From Pelagibius sp. (GTDB lineage Bacteria; Pseudomonadota; Alphaproteobacteria; Kiloniellales; Kiloniellaceae), in assembly GCF_965233615.1 (NCBI RefSeq), contig NZ_OZ247495.1: DNA of 64,000 nt; one strand, written 5' to 3'. A model generated the notes under the pieces. It was not told where the DNA came from, searched no databases, and worked only from the letters and a program-made list of their open reading frames with translations. Made by a program: the position numbers and the translations under genes. Each line of letters opens with the position of its first letter. The stretch's first letter is position 1. Shown here in pieces: positions 1 to 8,437 of this stretch.

Positions 1-1
1 T

Positions 2-622
2 CACGTCAACGGGATCGAGGATCCGCTTGCGGAAAACCACGACTGGTACGTGCTGACCGAACTGGCCTCCGGCCAGGCCGACGGCAGCCTGCGCCCGGTG
101 CTCGAAGACCTGCTCGCCGGGGCCTGCGAGGACGACTTGGTCATCGATGCCGCCTTGGCCGCCAACGAACGCCAGGCCGCCGCCTTCTGGCATATCCGCG
201 AGGGCCTGGTCGAGGGACAGAAATTCGAGGGCGGATCGATCAAGCACGACGTCTCCGTGCCGGTCTCCAAGGTCCCGTCCTTTCTGGATCAGGCTTTGAC
301 ACTGGTGAAAGAGATGGTGCCGGGCATCCGTCCCGTGCCCTTCGGCCATCTGGGCGATGGCAATATCCACTTCAATCTCTCGCAGCCGGAGGACGCCGAC
401 AGGGAGGCCTACCTCGGGCGTTGGGATGAAGTGAACCACGCGGTCCACAGCCTGGTGGTCGAAATGGGTGGTTCGATCTCAGCCGAGCACGGTATCGGCT
501 TCATGAAAGTTGCCGAGAACACCCGCTTCAAGGCGCCTTTGGAGATCGAGATGATGCAGCGGGTGAAAGCGGCCCTCGATCCGAAAAACCTCATGAATCC
601 AGGTAAGGTCGTTCCGCACTAG
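2..622 (+). CDS. FAD-linked oxidase (GlcD / D-2-hydroxyacid dehydrogenase-like), C-terminal part; 5' end lies outside the window
   Basis: The frame is open from nt 2. C-terminal FAD-oxidase motifs are present (WHIREGLVEGQK, GGSISAEHGIG, LDPKNLMNPGKV). The TAG stop at 620-622 sits on the IS boundary. Confidence 0.8.
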   Translation, partial: HVNGIEDPLAENHDWYVLTELASGQADGSLRPVLEDLLAGACEDDLVIDAALAANERQAAAFWHIREGLVEGQKFEGGSIKHDVSVPVSKVPSFLDQALTLVKEMVPGIRPVPFGHLGDGNIHFNLSQPEDADREAYLGRWDEVNHAVHSLVVEMGGSISAEHGIGFMKVAENTRFKAPLEIEMMQRVKAALDPKNLMNPGKVVPH

Positions 623-1388
623 GTAGCGGACTCATAAGCTTCGCACCAGATTCTGACAGCGGCGATTTTGATGAAGGCGAGGAAGGCATGTGATGTCTTG
701 TCGTATCGGGTTGCGATGCGCCGGAAGGATTTCTTGATACGGCCGATGAAGCGCTCGACCTTGTTGCGTTGACGATAGAGTTCCCGGTCGAATGGGATCG
801 GTATCTTGCGGTCGGATTTGGAGGGGATCACCGCTTCCGCTCCCTTCTCCCAGATCAGGTTTCGAATGTGGTTGGCGTCGTATGCCTTGTCGGCCAGAAC
901 AGCCTGTCCGGGTTGCAAGTCCCCCAGCAGAAGCGGCGCCACCGGCCCGTCATGGGCCTGTCCCGGCGTCAGGTGGACCTTCAACGGTAGCCCCCATTCA
1001 TTGACCAGAACGTGGATTTTTGTGGTCAGACCGCCACGTGAACGACCCATGCATCGTCGGGGATCGTTTTTTTGAGCGTGGCCCCGGCGTGATGCACGCG
1101 CACCGACGTGCCGTCGATCATCACCACATCGCCGTTGTGAGCATCCACCACCGCGTCCATGACCCGGTCCCAGACGCCGGCCCGGGTCCAGCGGCGGAAG
1201 CGGTTGTACACAGTGGTATAGGGGCCGTAGCGCCCGGGCAGGTCGCGCCACGGACAGCCGGTGCGCAACACGTAGAAGATGCCATTCAGAACCTGCCGGT
1301 CATCGCGCCGCTGCACACCCCTCACCTTGTTCGGCAGAATCGGTTGGATGAACCGCCATTCCAGCTCCGTAAGATCATAGCGTGACAT
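619..1388 (-). CDS. IS5-family transposase, OrfA-OrfB joined by a programmed -1 frameshift
   Basis: OrfA is 1026-1388 (MSRYDLTELEWRFIQPILPNK...). The OrfB frame is 619-1251 (LADKAYDANHIR...NKVERFIGRIKKSFRRIATRYDK). The two frames overlap at an A7 run (T7 on the + strand at 1067-1073), and OrfB is in the -1 frame relative to OrfA. Confidence 0.85.
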
Positions 1389-1468
1389 GCTCTCCTCCGA
1401 ACGCCAAACCAGACCATCACAGAATCACAAACCGCTGATCTTGAAAATAGATTTATGAGTGCACTACC
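622..1468 (-). mobile_element. IS5-family insertion sequence, IS427-like group (~847 bp)
   Basis: Terminal inverted repeats GGTAGCGGACTCATAA (622-637) and TTATGAGTGCACTACC (1453-1468) match at 14/16 positions. The element is flanked by TA at 620-621 and 1469-1470. It contains two overlapping transposase frames with an A7 slippery run. Confidence 0.85.
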
Positions 1469-2394
1469 TAAACCGCAGAGCGCTTTGACCCGGCTGACCA
1501 GCTCGCCAGCACAATTCCGGCGAAAATCGCGGCAATGCCGAGGGCATGAAACCACTGCAGCCGCTCACCCAGGAAAATCACCGCCAGGCAGGCCGCGAAG
1601 ACCGGAATCAGGTGCATGAAAAGCCCACCCTTGTTTGGCCCCAGAACCTCTATGCCGCGGTTGAATGCAAGGAAAGCCATGAGTGACGCGAAGACGACGA
1701 CATAGACGATGGTCATCGCCGATTCCGCGGTTACCGGCATGGGCCGGACCATCATGCTCTCCCAAAGGTAGGCCGGGAACAGCATGACGACCGCCATCAT
1801 CATGGTCACCGCGAGCAGGCTGTGAGGATGCAACCCCGCCGGCCGCCGTTTCACCAGTACGGTGTAGAGCGACCAGGTGACGACCGAGATCATCACGATG
1901 AGATCGCCCCTGTTGAAGTCGAGCGCCAGGACCTGGCCGGGCTGGCCACGGGTGACGATGACGGCCACACCGATCAGCGAGACCGCCGTCGCCAGCACCA
2001 GACGTGATGTAATCCGCTCGCGGAAAAGGGCCCAGGACAGGATCGGCACCAGGACCGGACAGATCGCCACCAGAAGGGCGGCGTTGGTCGCCGTGGTGTA
2101 GTTGACCGAGAGATAGAGCGAGGTGTGGAACGCCGCCATGCCGAAGAAGGCCAGTGCCGCCAGGGTTTTCCAGTGCTGCCGGACCAGCGGCCAATCCCGC
2201 CGCAGGCGGGGCCAGACGAAAGGCAGAAAGAGACAACAGGCCAACAGCCAGCGCCAGAAGCTGAGACCAACCGGCGGGACCTCAGCATGCATCGCCCGGC
2301 CGATGATGATGTTGCCGCCCCAGCAGAGCGAGGCGAAGGCCAGCAAGCCGGCGGCAAAAAGCATGCTGCCCGCGGGCTTTGGCAAAACGGTCAT
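1468..2394 (-). CDS. DMT-superfamily transporter (EamA family)
   Basis: 308-aa polytopic membrane protein with the two-repeat EamA-like pattern. Its TAG stop (1468-1470) lies on the IS boundary. Confidence 0.85.
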   Translation of the reverse strand: MTVLPKPAGSMLFAAGLLAFASLCWGGNIIIGRAMHAEVPPVGLSFWRWLLACCLFLPFVWPRLRRDWPLVRQHWKTLAALAFFGMAAFHTSLYLSVNYTTATNAALLVAICPVLVPILSWALFRERITSRLVLATAVSLIGVAVIVTRGQPGQVLALDFNRGDLIVMISVVTWSLYTVLVKRRPAGLHPHSLLAVTMMMAVVMLFPAYLWESMMVRPMPVTAESAMTIVYVVVFASLMAFLAFNRGIEVLGPNKGGLFMHLIPVFAACLAVIFLGERLQWFHALGIAAIFAGIVLASWSAGSKRSAV

Positions 2395-2604
2395 GATCTT
2401 CCCAGGTAGCGCAAGGACCGGGCGGCGCGACCGCTTACCTTTCGGAAGCGTCAGCCGACGGCGCTGCGGGGCTTGTACGGAGTGGTTTCAACAAGGGTAA
2501 AGAAAATCACCCGGAAAACCAATCCAAGTCCAGCCTTGTGCGGCAAAGGCTATGCGGCGCCCTCCTGCGCGCCGTCACAGCCTTCCCGCAGCGCAATCGG
2601 ATTC

Positions 2605-3552
2605 CTACAGTGAGAGAACGAGATCGAAATAGACGCGATAGTCGAAGATCGAATCGTCCTTGTCGGTGATCGGGGTCTCGCCACCGAGTCCGATCTGAAC
2701 ATTGTCGTTAAACTGATAGCGAAATCCGCCGCCAACCGTCACCGTGGTATCCCGGTCGTCACTGCCGAAGTTCAGGACATCCACGCCATCGAGATCCCCC
2801 AAGGCGCCGGTCAGGCGATTGCCATGGTCAATGGGCGTGAAGCCGTTGATTTCGATGAGAGGAAAGAAACCCGGGAGGACCTCATAATCGGCATGCGCCG
2901 AATAATGGACGATCGAGGTGTCGGCATCGCCGTCCAGGGCGATATTGGCGCCGAAGCTGGCCTGAAGGCCGAGATCGCCGAAGGTTGTCGCACCCGTCAC
3001 GAAGGGATTGAGGAAACCGTCGCCATCGCCTTGAAGTTCGATCCCGCTGGTTTCCAGATCATTGACCGGTATCTCATAACGCAGACCCAGCGTAAGGAGC
3101 GTTTCATCTTCCGGCTCGGAAATGAGCGCATACTTGAAGCCGAAGGCAATGTTCGCGAAGCCGCTCTCATCTTCCAGCACGTCGTCGAACTGGAAATCCG
3201 CATAACCGTCCTTGGTGGCGATGAAGCCGAGACGTTCGGTCAGGGCTACGCGAAGCTGAAGCGCCACAAGGTTGACGTCGCCGCCGCCGGTCACGAAGTC
3301 GTTCGGAAGCGCGTGATAGAAATAGATCGCCCGGGCTTCCGTCGTGATATAGGGCGTCTCGTTAAAGAGGGGGTTGGTCAGTGGCGGCACATAACGGCTG
3401 TGCCCGCCCTCGCCCAGGGAGCCCTCCAGATTCAGGCCAAAAGGCCTGAAGGGTTCTTCGGCCGCGGCTGTCTGGCCCGGTGCCGCGGCGGTAAGCAACA
3501 GGGCCGACACTGCGGTCGCGCAGATCGCAGAGCCAAAAATCCCTTTGGTCAT
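2605..3552 (-). CDS. Putative outer-membrane beta-barrel protein (MetA-pathway / phenol-degradation-like channel family; tentative)
   Basis: Signal peptide (MTKGIFGSAICATAVSALLLTAAAPGQTAAA) followed by alternating amphipathic strand pattern and Gly/Asp-rich loops. The family assignment is by eye only. Confidence 0.55.
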   Translation of the reverse strand: MTKGIFGSAICATAVSALLLTAAAPGQTAAAEEPFRPFGLNLEGSLGEGGHSRYVPPLTNPLFNETPYITTEARAIYFYHALPNDFVTGGGDVNLVALQLRVALTERLGFIATKDGYADFQFDDVLEDESGFANIAFGFKYALISEPEDETLLTLGLRYEIPVNDLETSGIELQGDGDGFLNPFVTGATTFGDLGLQASFGANIALDGDADTSIVHYSAHADYEVLPGFFPLIEINGFTPIDHGNRLTGALGDLDGVDVLNFGSDDRDTTVTVGGGFRYQFNDNVQIGLGGETPITDKDDSIFDYRVYFDLVLSL

Positions 3553-3840
3553 GTCGTCTCCTTATTTTCCACTCTCGAGGTTCAAGGCGGTGTCGCGACT
3601 TCCCTTCCCCTGTGACTGGCAGACGCACTTCAACGCTCCGCCCAGCACGAAACGTGGTCACGGGTTCGGGAAAAGGAGACACCAACGATATGGGTGAAGG
3701 AGATCACCTCCGGCAGTCGGCCGCATTGATCTAAGGCAAACGGAAATCAGCTAGAGGTTTGATTCGGTTTCTATAATCGAGGTTCTGCGACGATCGGCCG
3801 CAGAAATCAGCAGCCACTAAACAACAGCGGTGGGGGATTC

Positions 3841-4014
3841 TCAGTCCAGTTTCTTGCCGTCGAGATCGCGTGCCGCCTTGTCGCGCTCGGTCTCGGTCTT
3901 CTTGCGCTCGCCTTTGCTGCGGCCGAAGCGGGCACGGTTGGTCTCCGCCTTCGCCGCTTTTTCCTCGCGCGCCCGGCGCTTCTTCGCCTGCCGCAGATTG
4001 ATGATCTCCGCCAT
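3841..4014 (-). CDS. DUF4169-family small protein (57 aa), absent from the ORF track
   Basis: Hand translation gives MAEIINLRQAKKRRAREEKAAKAETNRARFGRSKGERKKTETERDKAARDLDGKKLD. The ORF is bounded by an upstream in-frame TAA and a TGA stop at 3841-3843. It fits the conserved I-x-N-L-R-x-x-(R/K)-K...N-R-x-x-F-G-R-(S/T)-K pattern of alphaproteobacterial DUF4169 proteins. No clear SD is present. Confidence 0.7.
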   Translation of the reverse strand: MAEIINLRQAKKRRAREEKAAKAETNRARFGRSKGERKKTETERDKAARDLDGKKLD

Positions 4015-4074
4015 GCGCGCAGTTTACGCGCCGCCAGTCCTGCCGTCAGCGCCAAATTCACGCCGCCGGGCACA

Positions 4075-4518
4075 CTACGCCAGTGGTTCCCGTTCCTGCG
4101 ATTCGGGCCGGGTTCGAAACCCGAAGGCGACCAGCCAGCCGACCAGAGCGGCCAAGGCGGCAAGGGCGGCCATGGTGATGAGTCGCCAGTCCGGAAGAAG
4201 CTGCCCATCGGCGCCCCTTTCCCGGAACGTCAAGATCAGTGCCAGATCGTCCGGCGGGAAAAGGATGCTGCTGCCGGCCAGAAGGATGACCGGCGCCAAC
4301 AGAATGGCCCACCAGATTCGAAGCTGCCCGACCCAGATCAACAACGCGACAATCGGCAGGAGAATGAAGATGCCGCAGAGGGTGGCGACCGCCGCACCGA
4401 CCAGAAAGGCAATCGCGAAGCCGTAAGGCCCGGTCATGACCGCGATGGTCACAACGACCAGGCCGGCCCCCGCCGAGTAGCCGAGTACCGCGCGCTTGAA
4501 TTGATCCAACTTATCCAT
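4075..4518 (-). CDS. Hypothetical integral membrane protein (about 4 TM helices)
   Basis: 147-aa ORF with hydrophobic helices (GLVVVTIAVMTGPYGFAIAFLVGAAVATLCGIFILLPIVALLIWV...). I recognise no family. Confidence 0.55.
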   Translation of the reverse strand: MDKLDQFKRAVLGYSAGAGLVVVTIAVMTGPYGFAIAFLVGAAVATLCGIFILLPIVALLIWVGQLRIWWAILLAPVILLAGSSILFPPDDLALILTFRERGADGQLLPDWRLITMAALAALAALVGWLVAFGFRTRPESQEREPLA

Positions 4519-4714
4519 GAGGACTTCCAGAACCTTACATCGGCCTCAAGCGACCCCTATGACCTGTAGTCGCAAGCCGGGGGGTGGAGGGTTCAAAGCC
4601 GTCGCCCCTCCATTGCCAAGGCGGCCATCCTGCTCCATCTTTCCCTCAGAGCAAAAAACTGTGGGGAGCGGCGCCCTTTGGGCCCAGAAAAACCCGCCCG
4701 GGAGTAACCAGGAA

Positions 4715-6493
4715 ATGACCTATACCGCACCGATCACCGAAATGCGCTTTGCGCTGGATGCCATCGCCGACCTGCCGGGCATTGCGCGGCTGCCTGGCTA
4801 TGAGGAGGCGACAGCGGACATGGTCGATGCCATCCTGGAGGAGGCAGGCAAACTGGGCGGCGAAGTCCTGGCACCGCTGAACCACTCGGGCGACCACGAG
4901 GGCTCGGTTTTCGAGAACGGCGTTGTGCGCACGCCGAAGGGATTCCGGGAAGCCTACGGCCTCTTCGTTGAAGGCGGCTGGAACGCCTTGCCCTTCGACC
5001 CGGATTACGGTGGTCAGGGGCTGCCCTGGACGCTGGCTTCGGCGGTGCAGGAAATCTGGCAGGCGGCAAACCTCAGCTTCGGGCTTTGCCCTTTGCTGAC
5101 GGCCGGCGCGGTCGAGCTGCTGCAGGAACACGGCAGCGACGATCAGAAAGAAACCTATCTGCCGAAGATGATCTCCGGCGAGTGGACCGGTACCATGAAC
5201 CTGACCGAACCGCAGGCCGGCTCCGACGTCGGCGCGGTGAAGACGAAGGCCGAGCGCAACGGCGACCACTACCTGATCACCGGCCAGAAGATCTATATCA
5301 CCTTCGGCGAGCATGACTTTACCGACAACATCATCCACATGGTGCTGGCGCGGCTGCCCGATGCGCCCGCGGGGACCAAGGGGATCAGTCTGTTCCTGGT
5401 GCCGAAGTTCCTGGTGAACGAGGACGGCAGCCGTGGCCCGCGCAACGACCTGCGCTGCGTTTCCATCGAACACAAGCTGGGCATCAAGGCCTCCCCCACC
5501 GCGGTCATGGCCTACGGCGATTCCGGCGGCGCCATCGGCTATCTGGTCGGCGAAGAGAACAAGGGCATGGCCTGCATGTTCACGATGATGAACAACGCCC
5601 GCCTGGCCGTCGGCATCCAGGGCGTTGCGGTCGCCGAGCGCGCCTATCAGCAGGCCCGCGCCTACGCCTTCGACCGCACCCAGAGCCGCGCCCTCACGGG
5701 AAATGGCGGGGAGGGCGATGCCAAGTCGGTGGCGATCATCCGCCATCCGGATGTGCGCCGCATGCTGGCGACCATGAAGGCCAAGACCGAAGCGGCACGG
5801 GCCATGACCTATTGGACCGCGGCGGCGCTCGACCGATCAAAGCGGGAGACCGATGAAGAAAGCCGCAAGGCACAGCAGGCGCTGCTGGACCTGCTGATTC
5901 CGGTCACCAAGTCCTGGTGCACCGACATCGGCTGCGAGGTCGGCTCCCTGGGCATTCAGGTTCACGGCGGCATGGGCTTCATCGAAGAAACTGGCGCGGC
6001 CCAGCACTACCGCGATGCCCGCATCCTGCCGATCTACGAAGGCACGAACGGCATCCAGGCCCTCGACCTTTTCACCCGCAAGCTGTTGCGTGATGAGGGC
6101 GCGGCTATGACCCAGTTGATGCTGGAAATGCGCGCCGGCCTCCCGGCCGCAGATGCGGGCGATGCCCTGGCCGCGCTTCGCCAACCTTTGGCCGAAGCCT
6201 TGGAAGCCCTCGACAGGGCGACCGCCTGGATGCTGGAGCAGGGCGGCCAGAGCCTTGCCAACGGCGCTGCCTCGGCCACACCCTATCAAAGCCTTTTCGG
6301 TTTGGTTCTTGGCGGCTGGCTGCTGGCGAAAGCCGCGCAGCAGGAAGACGGCGGCGAGGACGGTTTTGTGGCAGCCAAGGCGAAAACCGCGCGGTTCTAT
6401 GCCGACAACCTGCTGGGCGAGGCTTCCGCCTTGGCCGAGTCCGTCACCGCCGGCGCCGGATCGACCTTGTCCTTCGCCGATGAGGATTTCTGA
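4715..6493 (+). CDS. Long-form acyl-CoA dehydrogenase (about 590 aa, with C-terminal extension)
   Basis: ATG 4715 is preceded by GGAG. ACAD motifs are present (GGWNALPFDPDYGGQG, LTEPQAGSDVG, IYEGTNGIQALDL). The track ORF from 4517 is an N-terminal over-extension. Confidence 0.9.
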   Translation: MTYTAPITEMRFALDAIADLPGIARLPGYEEATADMVDAILEEAGKLGGEVLAPLNHSGDHEGSVFENGVVRTPKGFREAYGLFVEGGWNALPFDPDYGGQGLPWTLASAVQEIWQAANLSFGLCPLLTAGAVELLQEHGSDDQKETYLPKMISGEWTGTMNLTEPQAGSDVGAVKTKAERNGDHYLITGQKIYITFGEHDFTDNIIHMVLARLPDAPAGTKGISLFLVPKFLVNEDGSRGPRNDLRCVSIEHKLGIKASPTAVMAYGDSGGAIGYLVGEENKGMACMFTMMNNARLAVGIQGVAVAERAYQQARAYAFDRTQSRALTGNGGEGDAKSVAIIRHPDVRRMLATMKAKTEAARAMTYWTAAALDRSKRETDEESRKAQQALLDLLIPVTKSWCTDIGCEVGSLGIQVHGGMGFIEETGAAQHYRDARILPIYEGTNGIQALDLFTRKLLRDEGAAMTQLMLEMRAGLPAADAGDALAALRQPLAEALEALDRATAWMLEQGGQSLANGAASATPYQSLFGLVLGGWLLAKAAQQEDGGEDGFVAAKAKTARFYADNLLGEASALAESVTAGAGSTLSFADEDF

Positions 6494-7371
6494 CCGGAGC
6501 CACCGGACTTCATCAACACCATGAAGTTGCCCGACAGGACAAGGGCGAGACCGATGGCGGCTTCGACGGACCAGACATAGCCCTCCACCAGCGTCGAGAT
6601 CGCCAGGGCCACCACCGGGAAAAGCACGGGGATGTAGGACGCGCGCTCCGGCCCCATGCGGGCAACGACGGTCAAGAATCCCCAGAAGCCGATGACCGAT
6701 CCGAAGTAAATGAGGTAGGCGAGCGAGGCCGAATAGGACGGCGCGGGATCCCACGTCCATGTCACCGGCGAGAGGGTTACGTAGGCCGCGGTGGCGAGGC
6801 CGCCGTAGAGCATGCCAAAGGCGCTGGCCTGCACCACGGGAATCCCCGCCTTGGAGTTGCGGCTGCCGACGAGGGTGCCGCTCGAACCCATAAAGGCGCC
6901 GAGCAGAGCAAGACCGATGGCGATGAGCGTGAGATCGGACAGCACGAGGCCGTTCAGCTCCGGCCAGAAGATCAGCCCCAGCCCGCCAACGCCGCAGCAG
7001 GCGCCGAGACCGACCCGCGGTTCAATGGGATTGCGGTGAACCAGCCGGCTGAGAAGCAGGCTGAAGATCACGACGGTGGAAAACGCCACCGCCACCAGGC
7101 CGCTGGTCAGCCACTTGCTCGCCCAGTACAGGGGAATGTAGTTGAGACAGAAGAGGCACAGCCCCTGCAGCGCCAGAAAAAGGTGGTCGCGCAGACAGAA
7201 CCGCAGCCTCAGTTGACGCAGGCCGCACCAGAGGAAAAGCACCAGCGCCGCGCCCAGGAAGCGGTAGGCGACCGAAACCTCTGGCGCGACGGGACCGCTC
7301 TGATATTTGATCGCGATCCAGGTACTGCCCCAGATGAGAACGGTCATGAAGAAGATTGCCACGCTGGCCAT
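6397..7371 (-). CDS. DMT-superfamily transporter (EamA family)
   Basis: The likely start is MASVAIFFMTVLIWGSTWIAIKYQ (ATG 7371). The protein is polytopic with two EamA-type repeats. Its 3' tail overlaps the convergent acyl-CoA dehydrogenase by 97 nt. Confidence 0.8.
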   Translation of the reverse strand: MASVAIFFMTVLIWGSTWIAIKYQSGPVAPEVSVAYRFLGAALVLFLWCGLRQLRLRFCLRDHLFLALQGLCLFCLNYIPLYWASKWLTSGLVAVAFSTVVIFSLLLSRLVHRNPIEPRVGLGACCGVGGLGLIFWPELNGLVLSDLTLIAIGLALLGAFMGSSGTLVGSRNSKAGIPVVQASAFGMLYGGLATAAYVTLSPVTWTWDPAPSYSASLAYLIYFGSVIGFWGFLTVVARMGPERASYIPVLFPVVALAISTLVEGYVWSVEAAIGLALVLSGNFMVLMKSGGSGQKSSSAKDKVDPAPAVTDSAKAEASPSRLSA

Positions 7372-7472
7372 GGTCGGTTGCCCTTTGCTTGAAGATGGAC
7401 TCTGGGGCGGCGCGGAGCAGCAAAATGATTGACAAGTGACAACGTGACAAACCATCTTTTCTCGGTTCAATT

Positions 7473-7487
7473 ATTAGAAAATCTAAT
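7473..7487. promoter_or_regulatory. Candidate LysR-type (T-N11-A) box ATTAG-N5-CTAAT
   Basis: Perfect 5+5 dyad located 13 nt upstream of the LysR start, in the AT-rich divergent intergenic region shared with the EamA gene. Confidence 0.3.
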
Positions 7488-7499
7488 TTTTAGACACCC

Positions 7500-8429
7500 A
7501 TGAACGATCTTCCGCCGCTCAAGAGCCTGCGCGTCTTCGAGGCCGCCGCCCGCCACTTGAGTTTCACCAAGGCAGCCGACGAGCTCTGCGTCACCCAGGG
7601 CGCGGTCAGCCAACAGGTCCGGGTGCTGGAGGAGGCTTTGTCTACAAAGCTGTTCCGCCGGCAGGGCCGCGAGCTGCGCCTGACCAGGGCCGGCGAGCGT
7701 TACGTGCTTGTGGTACGCGAAGCCCTGCGTCTGATCGGCGAGGCCACGGCCGAACTGCGCCGCGAAACGCAGCCACGCAAGCTCACGCTCTCCTGCCTGC
7801 CGAGCTTTGCGCACAAATGGCTGATGCCGCGTCTCGGCGACTTTATCGAAACCCATCCGGATATCTCGTTGCGCATCCACACCAGCTTCGACGTCGTCGA
7901 TCTGGCACGTGATGGAATCGACTGCGCCATCCGCCACGGGCCGGGCGGCTACACAGGTCTCTTCGCCGAGATTCTGCTGACCGAGGAACTGACACCCATG
8001 TGCAGCCCGGCCATCGCCGCGAGGCTGACCCGGCCGGAGGACCTTGCCGGGGAGACCCTGCTGCGCGACTTCGGCACCGAATGGTCGGACTGGCTGGAGC
8101 GGGCCGGCCTGGCCGGCGACAACCTCAAGGTCGGCGCCGAGTTCCTGGACAGTTCCATGGCCATGCAGGCCGCCATAGACGGTCGCGGAGTCATTCTGGG
8201 CCATACAGCACTGGCGCGGGACGACCTGGAGGCGGGCAGTCTCGTCGCCCCTTTCGAGGCCCGTGTTTCCTATGACTGCGCCCATTGGTTCGTCTGTCTG
8301 CCCGGCAGGGAGACAACACCAGAAGTGCGTAGCTTGCACGACTGGCTGAAACGGCAGGCGGCGGCCTTCCCCGCCCCGGCCATCGGGCCGCGCCGCCGCG
8401 GCGTGCCGCAACTGCTGCCATTCGACTGA
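7500..8429 (+). CDS. LysR-family transcriptional regulator (GcvA-like)
   Basis: N-terminal HTH (LRVFEAAARHLSFTKAADELCVTQGAVSQQVRVLE) plus a LysR substrate-binding domain. It is divergent from the EamA transporter. Confidence 0.9.
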   Translation: MNDLPPLKSLRVFEAAARHLSFTKAADELCVTQGAVSQQVRVLEEALSTKLFRRQGRELRLTRAGERYVLVVREALRLIGEATAELRRETQPRKLTLSCLPSFAHKWLMPRLGDFIETHPDISLRIHTSFDVVDLARDGIDCAIRHGPGGYTGLFAEILLTEELTPMCSPAIAARLTRPEDLAGETLLRDFGTEWSDWLERAGLAGDNLKVGAEFLDSSMAMQAAIDGRGVILGHTALARDDLEAGSLVAPFEARVSYDCAHWFVCLPGRETTPEVRSLHDWLKRQAAAFPAPAIGPRRRGVPQLLPFD

Positions 8430-8437
8430 GGGCTGCC

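Noticed and set aside
3553-3840. Possible riboswitch or sRNA in the 288-nt spacer upstream of the outer-membrane protein gene; it contains a perfect TATAAT at about 3773-3778.
   Set aside because: There is no matching -35 at proper spacing, no terminator, and no recognisable riboswitch core (checked by eye for B12-type elements). Only short weak hairpins are present. The evidence is insufficient to call a feature.
4517-4714. N-terminal extensions in track ORFs, for example 4517 for the ACAD, 17088 for the GNAT, 9025 for glpK, 29348 for PhyH-2, 45821 for the thioredoxin-like gene and 47037 for the saccharopine dehydrogenase.
   Set aside because: Internal ATGs with good SD spacing coincide with the conserved N-termini of the families. 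The extensions are Arg/Pro-rich, overlap neighbouring genes or promoters, and carry no motifs.
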